From the NCBI RefSeq assembly GCF_009914755.1, contig NC_060925.1: a stretch of 64,000 bases of DNA. One strand, given 5' to 3'. Both the position numbers and the translations under genes were made by a program. Under the pieces are notes generated by a model. That model did not search any database and was not told the origin of the DNA. It worked only from the letters and a program-made list of their open reading frames with translations. Origin of the DNA: the human T2T-CHM13v2.0 reference genome, Homo sapiens. This document shows, piece after piece, positions 30,174-45,176 of this stretch. How positions within the stretch are numbered: the first letter of the stretch is position 1; each line of letters starts with the position of its first letter.

Positions 30174-30679
30174 AGAGTCGCTACAGAACCAAAAGGGACT
30201 AATGCCCCAAAACCCTGACTTCAGGCCTGGGGACTCCCACACACTGTATCCCAGCACCCTCTCCTGGCTCAGGCTTAGTTTCCTACTTATCTGTCAGTCT
30301 CACTACACCATCAGCCTAAGGGTAGGGATGGTATCTTCTTCAGTCTTGAATCTGCTTTGCCCAGCACAGTGAGTGTCACCATCTCAATATAACTTGTTTA
30401 AAGAAGGAATGATGTTAATGAATGAAAAATGAAGAATTGCAGACCTACAGAAAGACTGAGGCACAGGTATGTGAATAGTCACGGGGTTTCTTGAATCCCC
30501 ACTCTCCTCAAAACTCTTGACACCTGCCATGGAGATACAGAGGTCTTGGGGCTACAGAGGCAAAGAAGCTGACTCCTAAACGAGACTCACATTCTCACCC
30601 CTCCCAATCCCAACACCCATTTCTTGCCTGCAAAAGAAAATAGAAAAAGAGCTCTAAGGTTTGCTCAGTCCTCACTGGA

Positions 30680-30900
30680 ATCAGGATGCCTCAACCCAAG
30701 TTACTTTCTATTTCCTGCACTCCTCTGCTCGGGAATTTTTCCTAAGTTGTGGATTCAAAGCCACATATGCTTTGAAATAAACATAAAAAGATCCAATTTT
30801 TGATCCTGTTTGAGCCATCACAGGCTTTACACATCCCACAAGGCACAGCATCAGCCCTCTGGATGCTGTCACTCATGCAGTGACCAGGGCACTGAAAACC
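30680..30900 (+). pseudogene. Highly decayed LCE relic
   Basis: TGT TTG AGC CAT CAC AGG... = CLSHHRLYTSHKAQHQPSGCC from 30807; short matches to the 44.6 kb pseudogene and its upstream flank. Confidence 0.5.
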
Positions 30901-33900
30901 ACAGTGGAGCAGGGCTGGATGATCCAGTGAAGCAAAGAGAGAAGCCTCTTCCCAGTGTGGTGATTTTCCTCCTCCCTCACCTCTGCTCCTCCTTGGTGGA
31001 GAAGTCCCGTGGAACATTAGTGAAGATAATAAGGGTGGGAATGCCCTTGTAGAAATTACTGTTAATAGTCTGAGAATTGGGCAGGTACTATAAATCCTAA
31101 TCTTTTGTGTTTCAAAGCCATTTGCATCAACAAGTGTTTGGTTTCGAACTCAGCGTATCCTTGTCTTAGTAATCCCTTCTTAGGTCTTATTACCAGAAAG
31201 ATCCTCACTCAACAGAATGCCCAGGTGCAGTTCCAGTCAGAACACTCTTGTGGTGCCCACTCCCAATTTTCTCTGTCAAACGTCATTGAGCTCTTTCAAT
31301 GCTTCCTTTCACTTTTCCCCCAACCACTCTGCTGCAGTTTTGCATCCCACAGTGAACAAGCTTGTGTCCATTCCAAGCCCCCTGGAGATGAGACCTCCCT
31401 CAGAGCCAAAGTATATTCATTGAGCAGAGTATCTGTCACTAAAGTGATGCAGCTGCCTGGGACCTAGCACAGACCCTTCATGCCCCTAATATGTCCATTC
31501 CTCTCCCTACATTCAGGATAGGCAGAATGTTGAAAGAAAACATGGTAAAAGATAACTGTAGCAAAGAATTGGCAAAAGAGATGGCAGGTGTTGAAGAAAC
31601 GGAATTTGTCAAGGGTCATATTGGTCAGGGTCTTCTATTGCCTCCCAGAGAGTTTTCCTTTTTCCCCATGGACTACAGGTAAGTAGCACATGAATATTCT
31701 CACCATCCAACACCCAACTCCCTGTCCTCCCTCTTGATCTTCTAAGATACTCCTGTTCATGAAAGACTTCCTCCCTGACCTTCCAAACTCCATCATGTCT
31801 CCAGTAACTACCCAGTTTCTACTTCCAGTTGCCTTTACAGTACCTGTGTGTGGTCATTATGAAGCTTCCACCAACATTCCTGAACTTGCTTCTCGTTTGT
31901 CCTTGGGGACCTGAAATCTGGGCATTTATTGATTTGATTGATGCTAGAAAGGGTGGGAGAATCCAAAACTGCCCCTTTCTTATAAAAACCTAAGAGCCTA
32001 CTAAGTTGTGTATTGAACAGTCTAAAGTCAGTACAATAAAAACATGAAGCATTGTCTTTTTCGGTCATTGTTTTTTCCTATGCTCTGTTGAATCTCTCTT
32101 GAAAATACCTCAGGGAAATTCCACATTTCGTCAGTCACTTCTATGGATACTAAAGTCCAGACCAGCTAAATTTAATTCTGAACAAAATTTGAAACTCAAA
32201 TTCTCCCTTGCACACAAGCATTGTCCAGGTATCTCCCAGGAGACTGGAGTTGGAAGGGGAATATGATGGGCTCTTTCTCTCATTCACTACCACCCCTCCA
32301 CCTTCTTCCTCAGTAGCCCTTCCTCCTCCATTGTATTGGGAGATGGAAAAGGGGAGGGAGAATCATTACACATGTGACTGTACCACTAGCCTCCTCTGTT
32401 GGCAGGTTCTGCGGCAGGGCTGTCTCTGCTTCTTCTGTGTGGCAGGTTCTGCAGGAGGGCTGTCTTATAGGGTGCTTTTGTGAGTCCTGGAGTATCTTCA
32501 AGCATTTTCCTAACAGCATGATTTCCAGACATGGGATGAGCAGTCGGATTTAACCCTTCACGTACTCCCTAAGCTCCTACCTTCGTTGGCACCAGCCATG
32601 GCTTCTCGATAATGAGGTCTGTCTGCCCAACAGAAAACCATCCTAAGCACAACACTAGCAAGACTGTGGAAGCTGGTCTTCCTTCTTAGATGTCATCTGC
32701 TGTTATGTCTCAATGTCCTGTTCTATCTCTTCAGTTCCTTTTCTTTATTCAACAATAGGCTCAGAGGTTAGAACATCAAGTCTACTACTACAGCAGACAT
32801 TCTGCTGGGGGATAAAAATGCTGTCTTTCTTTCTTGAAGGAATCTCTAACATCTACAGGCTGTCATTGTGAATCCTGCCCTTTCAATTGACCTCTGTTGT
32901 AGGAGAACAACCAGTTTCCCTCCCATGTACAAGATTAGGGGGAGACTACATCATTGTCTTTTAGGATAATAACTTTCCTATCTAAAAAATTCTCACCAAA
33001 GTTCAACCTTCCAAATATATAGCTGAACCAGAGAAATAGAGTTCTATTTTTTTTTCTTAGCAAGTCTTGCAGAGATTTTCAGCAGCTTATCCTAAGTTTA
33101 CTTTAGTATATGGGGATAAGAGGCATCTACTATTTTCATCTTTTGACTTCAGCCAACATCGTAATACAAGAAGAAAATTTGAGTCCAACATCTTCTTACA
33201 CACTGGGTCCTACCAGAGCTTTCTCAGGAGAATAGAGCGGTGTAAATATCTCAAAATACTATTTAATCTGAGGGAAAAATTCAAATCCATATAAGAAACT
33301 TAGGCACGTTGGAGGTATATGGCACTTTCTGGCCACTGCTTCCCATTTTCCTTAAGAATAACTTAGCTGCTTGCCATGGAATTTGATTGTCGCAGACATG
33401 GCAGGAACAGAATGGAGAAGGAACTGTGAGTTTTAAGCAAAGGGAGAAGAATTCTGTTTGTTGACTCATCCTTGATTGCTGATGTGGAATGTCCAAAATG
33501 CACTCCAAGGGGCTAAATCTGAGGTCCTGCAGTGCCTGTTCCTATAGTACCAATTGGAATGACTAAGTCATGAAATTTTTCCTGGATTCATCCAGCCAGA
33601 GCAGTCTCTGTATTTCCTTGATGTCTTTGGGCCACAGGAAGCCAAGGCTCCTCAGGATGGGACTCTCAGGACTAGTGATTCTCAGGGAGGTGCCCTTGTG
33701 CTGTAGGGGAAGTGACAAGATCATGATCTTATAGCTACTGTTTGTCATCACGGGACAAATCCTGTGCGTGTGAGAACTGTGGACACCTGATTTCAGGAAG
33801 AGGAGAGTGGTGACAGGAGCAATCACTAAGGTAGAAGGGAGATTAATGAGCTCTCCAGGTCTTGTGGGGAGGCTTTCAAGACAGGCAGTCAAGAATGGGG

Positions 33901-35654
33901 CTGGAGGAAAGCCTAACAGTCATCTATTGTGTTTTATAAAACAGCGGTAACACGATATATTGAATGTCATAGGCAAGGATTTTTTTTCCTTTGAAACTTG
34001 CCCAAAATGTGTGATTTATGTTTCTTTCTCAATTAACGCTTCCATCTCCTACCTCCCTCAGCTGCCAATGACTCAGGGTTGCAACCCATGCAGGAAAATG
34101 GCTATCATGCTTGCTCTGTTGGGAGGACAAGACTTGCTTATGATAAATACAAGATACAGAGAAATAAACGTTCAGATTTGCAGCAAAGTCTAAACCCCAG
34201 TAATTTTTTAACTGAATTTTTCAACAGATTGTGTCCCTCTTCAACTTCACCAGTATGGAATGAGAAAGTACCCATTTCAACCATCATGAGTAATTCCTTC
34301 CAATGCACTAGCAATTTGTGTGTTCTAAAGAATGCAAAAGAAATGGACACCTAGTGTAGTCCCGGGGCTAAGCCCAAAAATATCCCTTCAGCAAGAGGCT
34401 TCTGCAGGCAGAAGAATATCAGAGAGGGGAGTCAATGACAGGTCTGATCCTTTTCCTCTTCCTCCATTCCCAAGCCACATTCCTAGAGACAATTCACTTT
34501 CTCTTAAATATCTCAAAATAAATCATGGAATTCTGCCCCCCACCTCCCACCATGTTTTAAAGAGGGTAAGTTGTAAAGTGCATACTCTGATAAGGAGTTT
34601 GTTGTCTAAAAGCCATAAACTATCAAGTACAGGGAGCAATAACAGGCATTTACCATAAACATGTGTTATTTAAAATTACCATTTAACTTAAATTTAATGT
34701 TCTGTTATAGTTCTGACTTTAACTTTTTAGAAACAAATAGCAAAGTTCAGGTATTATAATAATAGAGATGAATTCAGTGAAAAATTCATGTCTAAAACTA
34801 TTATACAATCAAATGGGAAAAATACAAATCAGACTTTATATGTCATCCTACAGAAACCTTAGAATTTATAAGGTTTGTTCCATTAAATTTGATGCACATG
34901 ATGTTACTACCATCACTAACCTCATCATCAACAATACATTGAACGAATCATGTTCATGACTCACACCAACTATCTTACATATTTTATGCTCATGGACCAT
35001 TTTATTTGCTTATAATCAGTATCATATATCCCATGGGAAGCTAAATATGGGCAAATTGACCTTTTTCATATTAAGTATGAGTCTTGTGATCTCAACTATT
35101 GTATATTCCTTAATGATTTTGTCTGCTTATTCATATAATCCTACCTTAATTCTCTTAAGGGCCCCAACAGCCCCAGACAGGGCTTGTGTCCCATTCTCCA
35201 TTCATTACCTAATACATCTCACTCCCAGGGTCCAATAGTCTCAGATCACCCAACATCCCCAAGAGTCAGGAGCCAATTACATCTCAACAAACCATGCCCC
35301 TGGGGAATATGCAGAGGAATAGGGAAGTGATGTCCAAAAAAAGACATCCTGGGATACCCAGGACGAATCACATGATATCATATCAGACACATAAGTTTAC
35401 ATCTCTGATGTTAGTCCAGTTAACTTTGAAAGGCTCAAGGTCAGGAAATGTGTCATATGCATCTTTACATTCTCCCTCAAAGTGCAAGAGGCAGAGCTCA
35501 AACTAAAGCATCCAAACTGAATGAGTGAAAGGAGAAGAAATGACAGGTCCCCAACACACGTGGAGATCTGTCATCAAGACTTCCTGGTTCCCTCTTGCCA
35601 GGCATCTTGGCAAGCATGAAGCAAGATGCTGGAGGCCTGGGATGGGAGTGTTTG

Positions 35655-35801
35655 GCTCTGCCACCTCCCCTTGTTGTGAAAGCAGCATGCCTGGTCTGTG
35701 CATCTCTAACCCTGCACAAGATAAAAAGCCTCTTATCTTGGGCTCCTCATCCACAGCCTCCTAGAGAACAGCCTTCTCCTCTTCAGCATCTTCTGTATCT
35801 G
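35655..35801 (+). promoter_or_regulatory. LCE3B: LCE3B core promoter (GATAAAAAG 35720-35728) and non-coding exon 1
   Basis: homologous to the LCE3C/D promoter and exon 1. Confidence 0.78.
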
Positions 35802-36345
35802 GCAAGTATCTAGCAGGGGACCCTCAGCTGGGGGTGTCTGGGGAAGATAAGCCCAGATTTTACTAGGGAAGGGGGAAGCAGAGGTGTCAGATGTACAGAC
35901 AGCAGGAAGAGGACTTCAGAGGGCAGCTGAGGGTAGGGGAAGGGGCAGTGAGCAAGGAACCTCTTTGGGGTGCATGGGAGTCTGTGACTCACCAGAGCCC
36001 TGGCTCTCAGCATTCTCTCCACTCTTTTCCTGGGAGATGCATACATGCCCAGTGATATTCTCTGAGAATCATTACTCAATTAGGTGCTTTTGCATCAGTG
36101 TTTTTGTGAAGACAGGAGGACTTGGGACCCAGTTAGAAGACACCAGCATTCTTTTCTGGAAGAGGGAAAAATGGAAGGAAATGTCTTACCAGGCCAGTTT
36201 TACTTGAGATCAGTTTCTGTTTTTATTCCTGAAGTGCATATCTCAGGAAGCAACTGGTATTAGGAGTAAGGGCTTCATAAAACCATTTGTAGAGGAGACA
36301 TTAGCCTGGAGCTTTTGCGTTGACCTTTTCCTTTTATCTATCCAG
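35802..36345 (+). other. LCE3B: LCE3B intron, predicted GC-AG (544 bp)
   Basis: tctg|GCAAGT at the position homologous to ctg|GTGAGT; acceptor tatctatccAG. Confidence 0.65.
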
Positions 36346-36364
36346 GCTGTCACCTCCTGCCAAG

Positions 36365-36652
36365 ATGTCCTGCCAGCAGAACCAGCAGCAGTGCCAGCCT
36401 CTGCCCAAGTGCCCCTCACCCAAGTGCCCCCCAAAGAGCTCAGCACAGTGTCTGCCTCCAGCCTCCTCCTGCTGTGCTCCAAGACCTGGGTGCTGTGGTG
36501 GCCCCAGCTCTGAGGGCGGCTGCTGCCTGAGCCACCACAGGTGCTGCAGGTCCCACCGATGCCGGCGCCAGAGCTCCAACTCCTGTGACAGAGGCAGTGG
36601 TCAGCAAGATGGTGCCTCCGACTGTGGCTATGGCTCTGGAGGCTGCTGCTGA
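36365..36652 (+). CDS. LCE3B: Late cornified envelope protein 3B (95 aa)
   Basis: [21 protein letters not shown]...[39 protein letters not shown]; gccaagATG. Confidence 0.96.
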   Translation: MSCQQNQQQCQPLPKCPSPKCPPKSSAQCLPPASSCCAPRPGCCGGPSSEGGCCLSHHRCCRSHRCRRQSSNSCDRGSGQQDGASDCGYGSGGCC

Positions 36653-36877
36653 CCTAATTCCTGATGCTGAGACAAGCGACTTTAGAGGAAACAAGTATCT
36701 CAAGGAAAAAGGAAAAGCCCCAACTTGTTAGATCCTTTCTTAGACATGCTAATTAACCATTCATTCATGGGGAAGAATTGTGCTTTTTCCAAAAGGCTCC
36801 ACCCATGTGTTTTCCAAGATCGTGGAAGCCTCCTTTCCTCCTGACAATGTTATCACTTGTGTCTGATTATACAGAGA

Positions 36878-36883
36878 AATAAA
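36878..36883 (+). terminator. LCE3B: LCE3B polyadenylation signal
   Basis: AATAAAgctt. Confidence 0.8.
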
Positions 36884-37127
36884 GCTTCTGAACAGCACCT
36901 GCATCTAACTTGTCTTTCACTCTGCTCCACAGAAGGCTGCTCAGTGGGTCTCCCCTCCCTCAGCTCCTGAAGGTCTAGCACACCCTGCATAGAGAATAAT
37001 ACTGGCTTGTGGCTGGAAAATTAAACGTTCATATTTTTCTTCATGCAGGGAGTCCCTGTGGGAGATTTGAGTATAGAAGTGTAGGAGAAAGGGGAGGTGT
37101 TGAGAGAGGTTGGTGAAAATCTCTTAA

Positions 37128-40130
<3,003 letters not shown>

Positions 40131-41387
40131 AAAGGCCTGACTTTTCTTGGATGATACCGTGGGAGGAGTGATTTGACCCTGTAGCCCACAGTTTCCATTG
40201 ACGGTGATGTAGAGAATCAGAAAATCGACAAGAATGAGACCAAAGTGGATGGAGCATGTGGAGGCAGAAAGAAAGGTCTGAAGGATGAAGATCAAGTCAA
40301 GCTGCACATAATGGACCTTAGGGAGGGAGGTTAGCTGAAGTCAGTGGATTCTGAAGCAATTGGAATTGAAGTTTTCTCTGACGGGAATGCTAATGAGAGG
40401 CTCTGTGCTCTGAGAAAACAGAAAAAAGCGGACATGATGAATGCTTCTGGGGGTACAGATTACATATCTGTAAATTTCTTTTAAGATATTTGAGATAGAA
40501 TTGAACTCATTATTATTTTCTGTCGTGTGTTACTTTTTGAACTCAACAATAATGAGACACAGCCATATTCTAGTTACCACTGGACTCTAACTGGGCAGCT
40601 CCTGCCCCAACATTGGAATATGGCAGTGTTTTATCTCTACTCCAAACCAAAGTGATTGATGTGAATCATCAGTGCTGCTTCATTTTGATAGCTGGATTTT
40701 GGAAATAATGTTGCAAAACTGGGGACTGTTCAACCCAAGCTATGATGGTTCTTGAGATAACTTCAGAAAGATGAAAACAAATCATATAGCTGTGGCTACA
40801 GTCAAAGCAGAAACTTTTGAGAGAAATTAGAGGTTGAGCTTGGACATTTTAGACAGAGAATAAGACCTATATGATACTTTGGGAATTCAACTGATTATAA
40901 TACTTTTTTTAATTTCATTTTTAAAAAGTGGCAAACTGGAAAAATCAGTTTTGCTCCAATATATGTGGACACATTATTTCTTAAGAAACTGGAATGAAAA
41001 GTGTCAAAAGGAACCATAACTGAAAGTTGAAGTCAAATCTGCTCTGCTAGTCAAATCACTTAACTGGCTGAGAAGGGTTCTCTGAGAAAGTGAACAGAGA
41101 TTTGAAGCTTACAATTGAGTAGACTTGAATCAATGTAATAGGCTTCTTGCTCTGGTACACTTAAGACATGCTTGGGAAGTACTTTTTAAAAGTCAGAATT
41201 AAAACACATAATGGAGAAAAAAGGAAAAGGATGGGCAAGCTCCTTATGGGAACACCTGAGTCCCACATTCAGCTAAGTTGTACATGCAAAGCCACAAGCA
41301 TTGATGAAGCTAGTTGGCCTAAAATTCACAGGAATTGTGTGCATTTCAGGGTGCATAGAGACTGAGATTGCACAAACATTTGATGAG

Positions 41388-41807
41388 TGTTGGGGTGATC
41401 AGACCCAACACCAGGCTGGGGGGGGGCTACGAAGTCCGGTGGAGTCAAAGGAATGAGAAAAGACCAGTTAAGAAATAAAGTGGGACCAGGGGGCCAATGC
41501 TAGTATGGAGACTGCAAAGGCCCCGAGCTCTGGGAGCCCATGCTATTTATTTGTGATCAAAGAAACAGGTGGTGAGGATGTGGGGGTTGAAAGGAAGCAA
41601 TGTATTAAGTGAATGAGCTACAGCTGTGATGGTTTAGCATTTTCTTTGAAACATATGGCTACTTGCAATAATGGGAATGCTAGAAGCGAGGAGCCAGCAA
41701 GTCTAGACACATTCCAGAGGCCACAAGGGGGTTTTAGATCCTGGAACCCAGACATGTTCCAAGCCCTGACTCAGCTTGTCTCCCAACACTCAGCTTTTCT
41801 CCCAACA
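41388..41807 (-). mobile_element. Solo ERV LTR, LTR3-like (HERV-K HML-6 family)
   Basis: TG...CA termini, 420 bp, TSD atgag at 41383-87 and 41808-12, AATAAA on - strand at 41551-41546; start tgttgggagaaaagctgagtgttggg matches recalled LTR3. Confidence 0.82.
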
Positions 41808-42124
41808 ATGAGTGTATCTCCCATGCCAGGTGCCACTCTAGGCATTGTAGATACAATGGGAACAGATGAAGTTTCTTTTTACTTGGAGCAGACATCGACT
41901 GGGCATGTTGCAGGCTGACATTTTCCTTGCTCTGCATTCAGTTGGATTATCATACCCTGTGTGTCATGAGTGTCAGTGTAGGTGAGATAAACCTTGGAAA
42001 AACATTAAGGCATGAAAGTGGTGAATTTTGGGGGGACTAAGAAAGCTATCTAGTGGCTATTGGCACCTCAGCAGAGCCAACAACTTTAGAAGGAAGAACA
42101 TAAGTTGCTGATGGCAGAAAATCA

Positions 42125-42690
42125 GTGGGTGTCCTATTGTTACATAACAAATCACCCCAAAACTTAGTGATGTGAAACAATACACTAAGTGATTGGAATG
42201 ACAGCCATCTTGGTTTTCTCACAATTTTATGGGTCACAAATTCAGAAAGGACTCAGCAGGGCAATTCTCATTTCATGCATTTGTCGTCAGATGTTGATTG
42301 GAGCTGTGGTCATCTGAAGGCTGACTGGGCTGGACATCCAAGAAGTCTCACTCAGATGGTTGGCTGTTGATGCTGGATGCCAGCTGAGCCCTCTTCTGGG
42401 GTTGTCACCTGGAGGACCTACATCTGGCCTCTCTTGCATGATGGTCTTAGAATAGCGAGACTTTTTACATGGTAACTGGCTTCCCCAGAGACAGCCTCCT
42501 AAGAGGACCAGGTGGAATCTGCATGACCTTTTGTGACCCAGCCTTTGAAGTCACATAGCATATTTCAACCATATTCATTTGGTTAAAGGAGTTACAAGCC
42601 CGCTTAGATTCAAGGTAAGTGGACATAGGCCTAACTTCTCAATGAGAGGAATGTCAAAAAAAATTTGAACCATGCTTTAAAATCATCACA
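42125..42690 (-). mobile_element. MaLR MLT1-type LTR
   Basis: ataacaaatcaccccaaaacttagtg...gaagtcacatagca...atcatcaca. Confidence 0.75.
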
Positions 42691-42945
42691 AATAGGTATC
42701 AGCCAAATCCTCACCCTCTTGTCAGTTCACTCTACATGTTGCTGAAGCCCTAGTATAAATTAATGTTCTCACAGTGTTTTGAAAAGACTCAGATTTTGGT
42801 CATGCTTGTAACATATTCAAGCTTTGAAGAGGGTGGCCACTCCTATAACCTTTATGGAACTAGAATGTTCAGAACTATTGCTGCAATAATGATGTCTTAC
42901 CAAAATATATCAAAGTTATTTACATATGCCAGATAATTATCTAAT

Positions 42946-43140
42946 TCCTGGCCAACATGGTGAAACCCCATCTCTACTAAAAATACAAAAATTAACCAGG
43001 CGTGGTGGCTCGTGGTAGTTTCAGCTACTCAGGAGGCTGAGGCAGGAGAATCACTTGAACCTGGGAGGTTGCAGTGAGCAGATATCATGCCACTGCACTC
43101 CAGCCCTGGAGACAGAGTGAGACTCCACCTAAAAAAAATT
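42946..43140 (+). mobile_element. Partial Alu
   Basis: cctggccaacatggtgaaacccc...gagactcc. Confidence 0.9.
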
Positions 43141-43369
43141 AAATGCAATGGGAAAATAGTATACATCTGTCATTTATATTCAGCAGAAACACTGGTGAAA
43201 TAAACTTAATTACCACTATTGTCCATCACTTTATTTTTTCTCCCATCAATTATCATTCAATCCCTCCTTTTTCCTAAAGCGTTCTGGCCAATGTGATATG
43301 AGCATCCCTGTGTCTGAACCATTCCTATCTCTTGGATCAATAGTGCAGTCAAGTAAATGCTGAAGCAAT

Positions 43370-43436
43370 GTCTGTCATGTCACAGATCTAGACTGCTAGA
43401 TTTGCAAGTCTGTCATGTCACAGATCTAGACTGCTA
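43370..43436 (+). repeat. Perfect 29-bp direct repeat with 9-bp spacer
   Basis: gtctgtcatgtcacagatctagactgcta at 43370-43398 and 43408-43436. Confidence 0.95.
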
Positions 43437-44398
43437 ATTGGTGGCTCAGCTTTTAATTCCAGCATTTCTGGTTCATTTTGCCTTTATTTTTTAGCTTTGT
43501 TTTCCCCTAGACTCTTCAAGGTTTCTCCTGGTATTTAAAAGAGGGGAGGCAATGGGAATGTCCGACTCCAGTGCCCATGTTCTTGGCCTGCACACTATTC
43601 TGCCTCCCATTATCTTAGCTTGCTTCCCTTTCAGATCCAACTTCTCTCAAAGGGCAGCTTCATTTCCTCCCTCTGCCAGGAAACCTTCTGCCCAGGGACT
43701 CCTGGCTCTTGGGTCCCATTAGTTCCTCTTAGTCACTTTAGCTAGGCCATCACAGGACCATCAAAGGTCATTTTGCAGGCCAGAAACCTCACCCAACACC
43801 CACAAATGATACTAGTGACAATGTCTGGACACTTCACTCTTGTCAGGGAAACAGGGGGTTACCATCCAAAGGATAAGTCCCATGGACTTCCCACACACTT
43901 ATGTAACAGTCCATATCATTCCAGCTCATAAGTGGATTGCTGACTTGTCAGTCGGCATCTCAAGGATGGGAATCATATTTCACACATTTCTGAGTCCTTT
44001 GTGTCAACATATATCTGAACTGTGTCCTCAATTCCTGTTGTTTGAATGAATTAATTAATGAATAAAATAGTATAGACAATTAGTTTTCAACAGTCTTGAT
44101 AATCAAGGCCAGATATTTGGGTGTTACAGGGACTTCCTGGTTCCCTTCTATCAGAAAACATCTGGGCATCTACTGAATAATTATTGAATTTCCTACTGAG
44201 GGGCTAGAGTTTGAAGAGCTGTTACTTGGAGTAGAGTCCATCACTATCATCACTCTCCATGTCCCATCTCCTTTTTTTCTGATTCTAAATCAAAGTAGGA
44301 GGAGAAAATACCTTGATCAGCAAACATTCTGAGCCAATTCATCCCTGCCCAAGGCCCTGTTTCCCTGCTGCCCTTAGGTTAGCAAAAACGTGAGCTTA

Positions 44399-44418
44399 GG
44401 GTCATAGGGTCAGGGTCT
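44399..44418 (+). promoter_or_regulatory. Candidate DR2 nuclear-receptor element
   Basis: GGGTCA-ta-GGGTCA-GGGTCT. Confidence 0.4.
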
Positions 44419-44444
44419 GAGAAAGACGGTGAGGGACAAGGGGA

Positions 44445-44461
44445 GACAGATAGGTAGATAG

Positions 44462-44508
<47 letters not shown>
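44445..44508 (+). repeat. (GATA)n microsatellite; pure (GATA)11 at 44463-44506
   Basis: direct reading. Confidence 0.97.
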
Positions 44509-44555
44509 AAACAATGATTTACTTTTTCATTTCTTCCAGGGATCACTGAGCTGAG

Positions 44556-44776
44556 ATGTCCTGAAAGGAAAAACTAACAGCACTGTCAGCCCCCTCCCAA
44601 GTGCCTAACCCTCAAGTATCCTTTTGGTTGTTTGCTGCCAGTCTATTTCTGTTGTGGTTCCAGCTCTGCAGGAAGCTGCTACCGGAGTCACCATGGGCCC
44701 ACAGATCCCACTGACATGCCCAACAGAGCATTCTGGAGGCTCCAGTTGCTGCCACAGCTCTGGGGGCTGCTGTGGT
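44556..44776 (+). pseudogene. Unprocessed LCE pseudogene (LCE1/2/5-like)
   Basis: acceptor ttcttccAG at 44538-9; ATG TCC TGA; then CQPPPKCLTLKY, LPVYFCCGSSSAGSCYRSHHGP and SGGSSCCHSSGGCC across frameshifts. Confidence 0.9.
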
Positions 44777-45170
44777 CCTGGGTCATGAAGACTACAGAGT
44801 ATCAGAGTTGGAGGAACCAGAGGACCAAGGACCTGCTCCCATCTGGAGCTTCTCTTCTTCTCTGCCATCTAGGGCTGAGCTACCAAAGTGTTTTCGGAAG
44901 GATCTGAACGGGCCCAGTAAGCTCATTCCCTTTGTTTTCCAGAGCTCTGTGTTTATTTCCAACTCATGCTTCTGTCCTTGACCTTGTGAAAGACTGCTCA
45001 CCTCATTCCCACACTAATATACAACCCCCCTAAAAGGGTTTTGTGAGTTGAGGGGTGTATGACCCACTTGTGTCTGTTCCTAAGATAGGCCTATGTACCC
45101 AATGTGGGGCAGCCCCTGTAAGGCAAAGACGGGAACGCACTGGACAGAGCTTGCAACGAGAAAGCACAGC

Positions 45171-45176
45171 TTTATT
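45171..45176 (-). terminator. LCE3A: LCE3A polyadenylation signal
   Basis: AATAAAgct on - strand, about 200 bp after the stop. Confidence 0.8.

Noticed and set aside
36320-36364. 15-aa extension of LCE3B
   Set aside because: TTG start within the intron polypyrimidine tract
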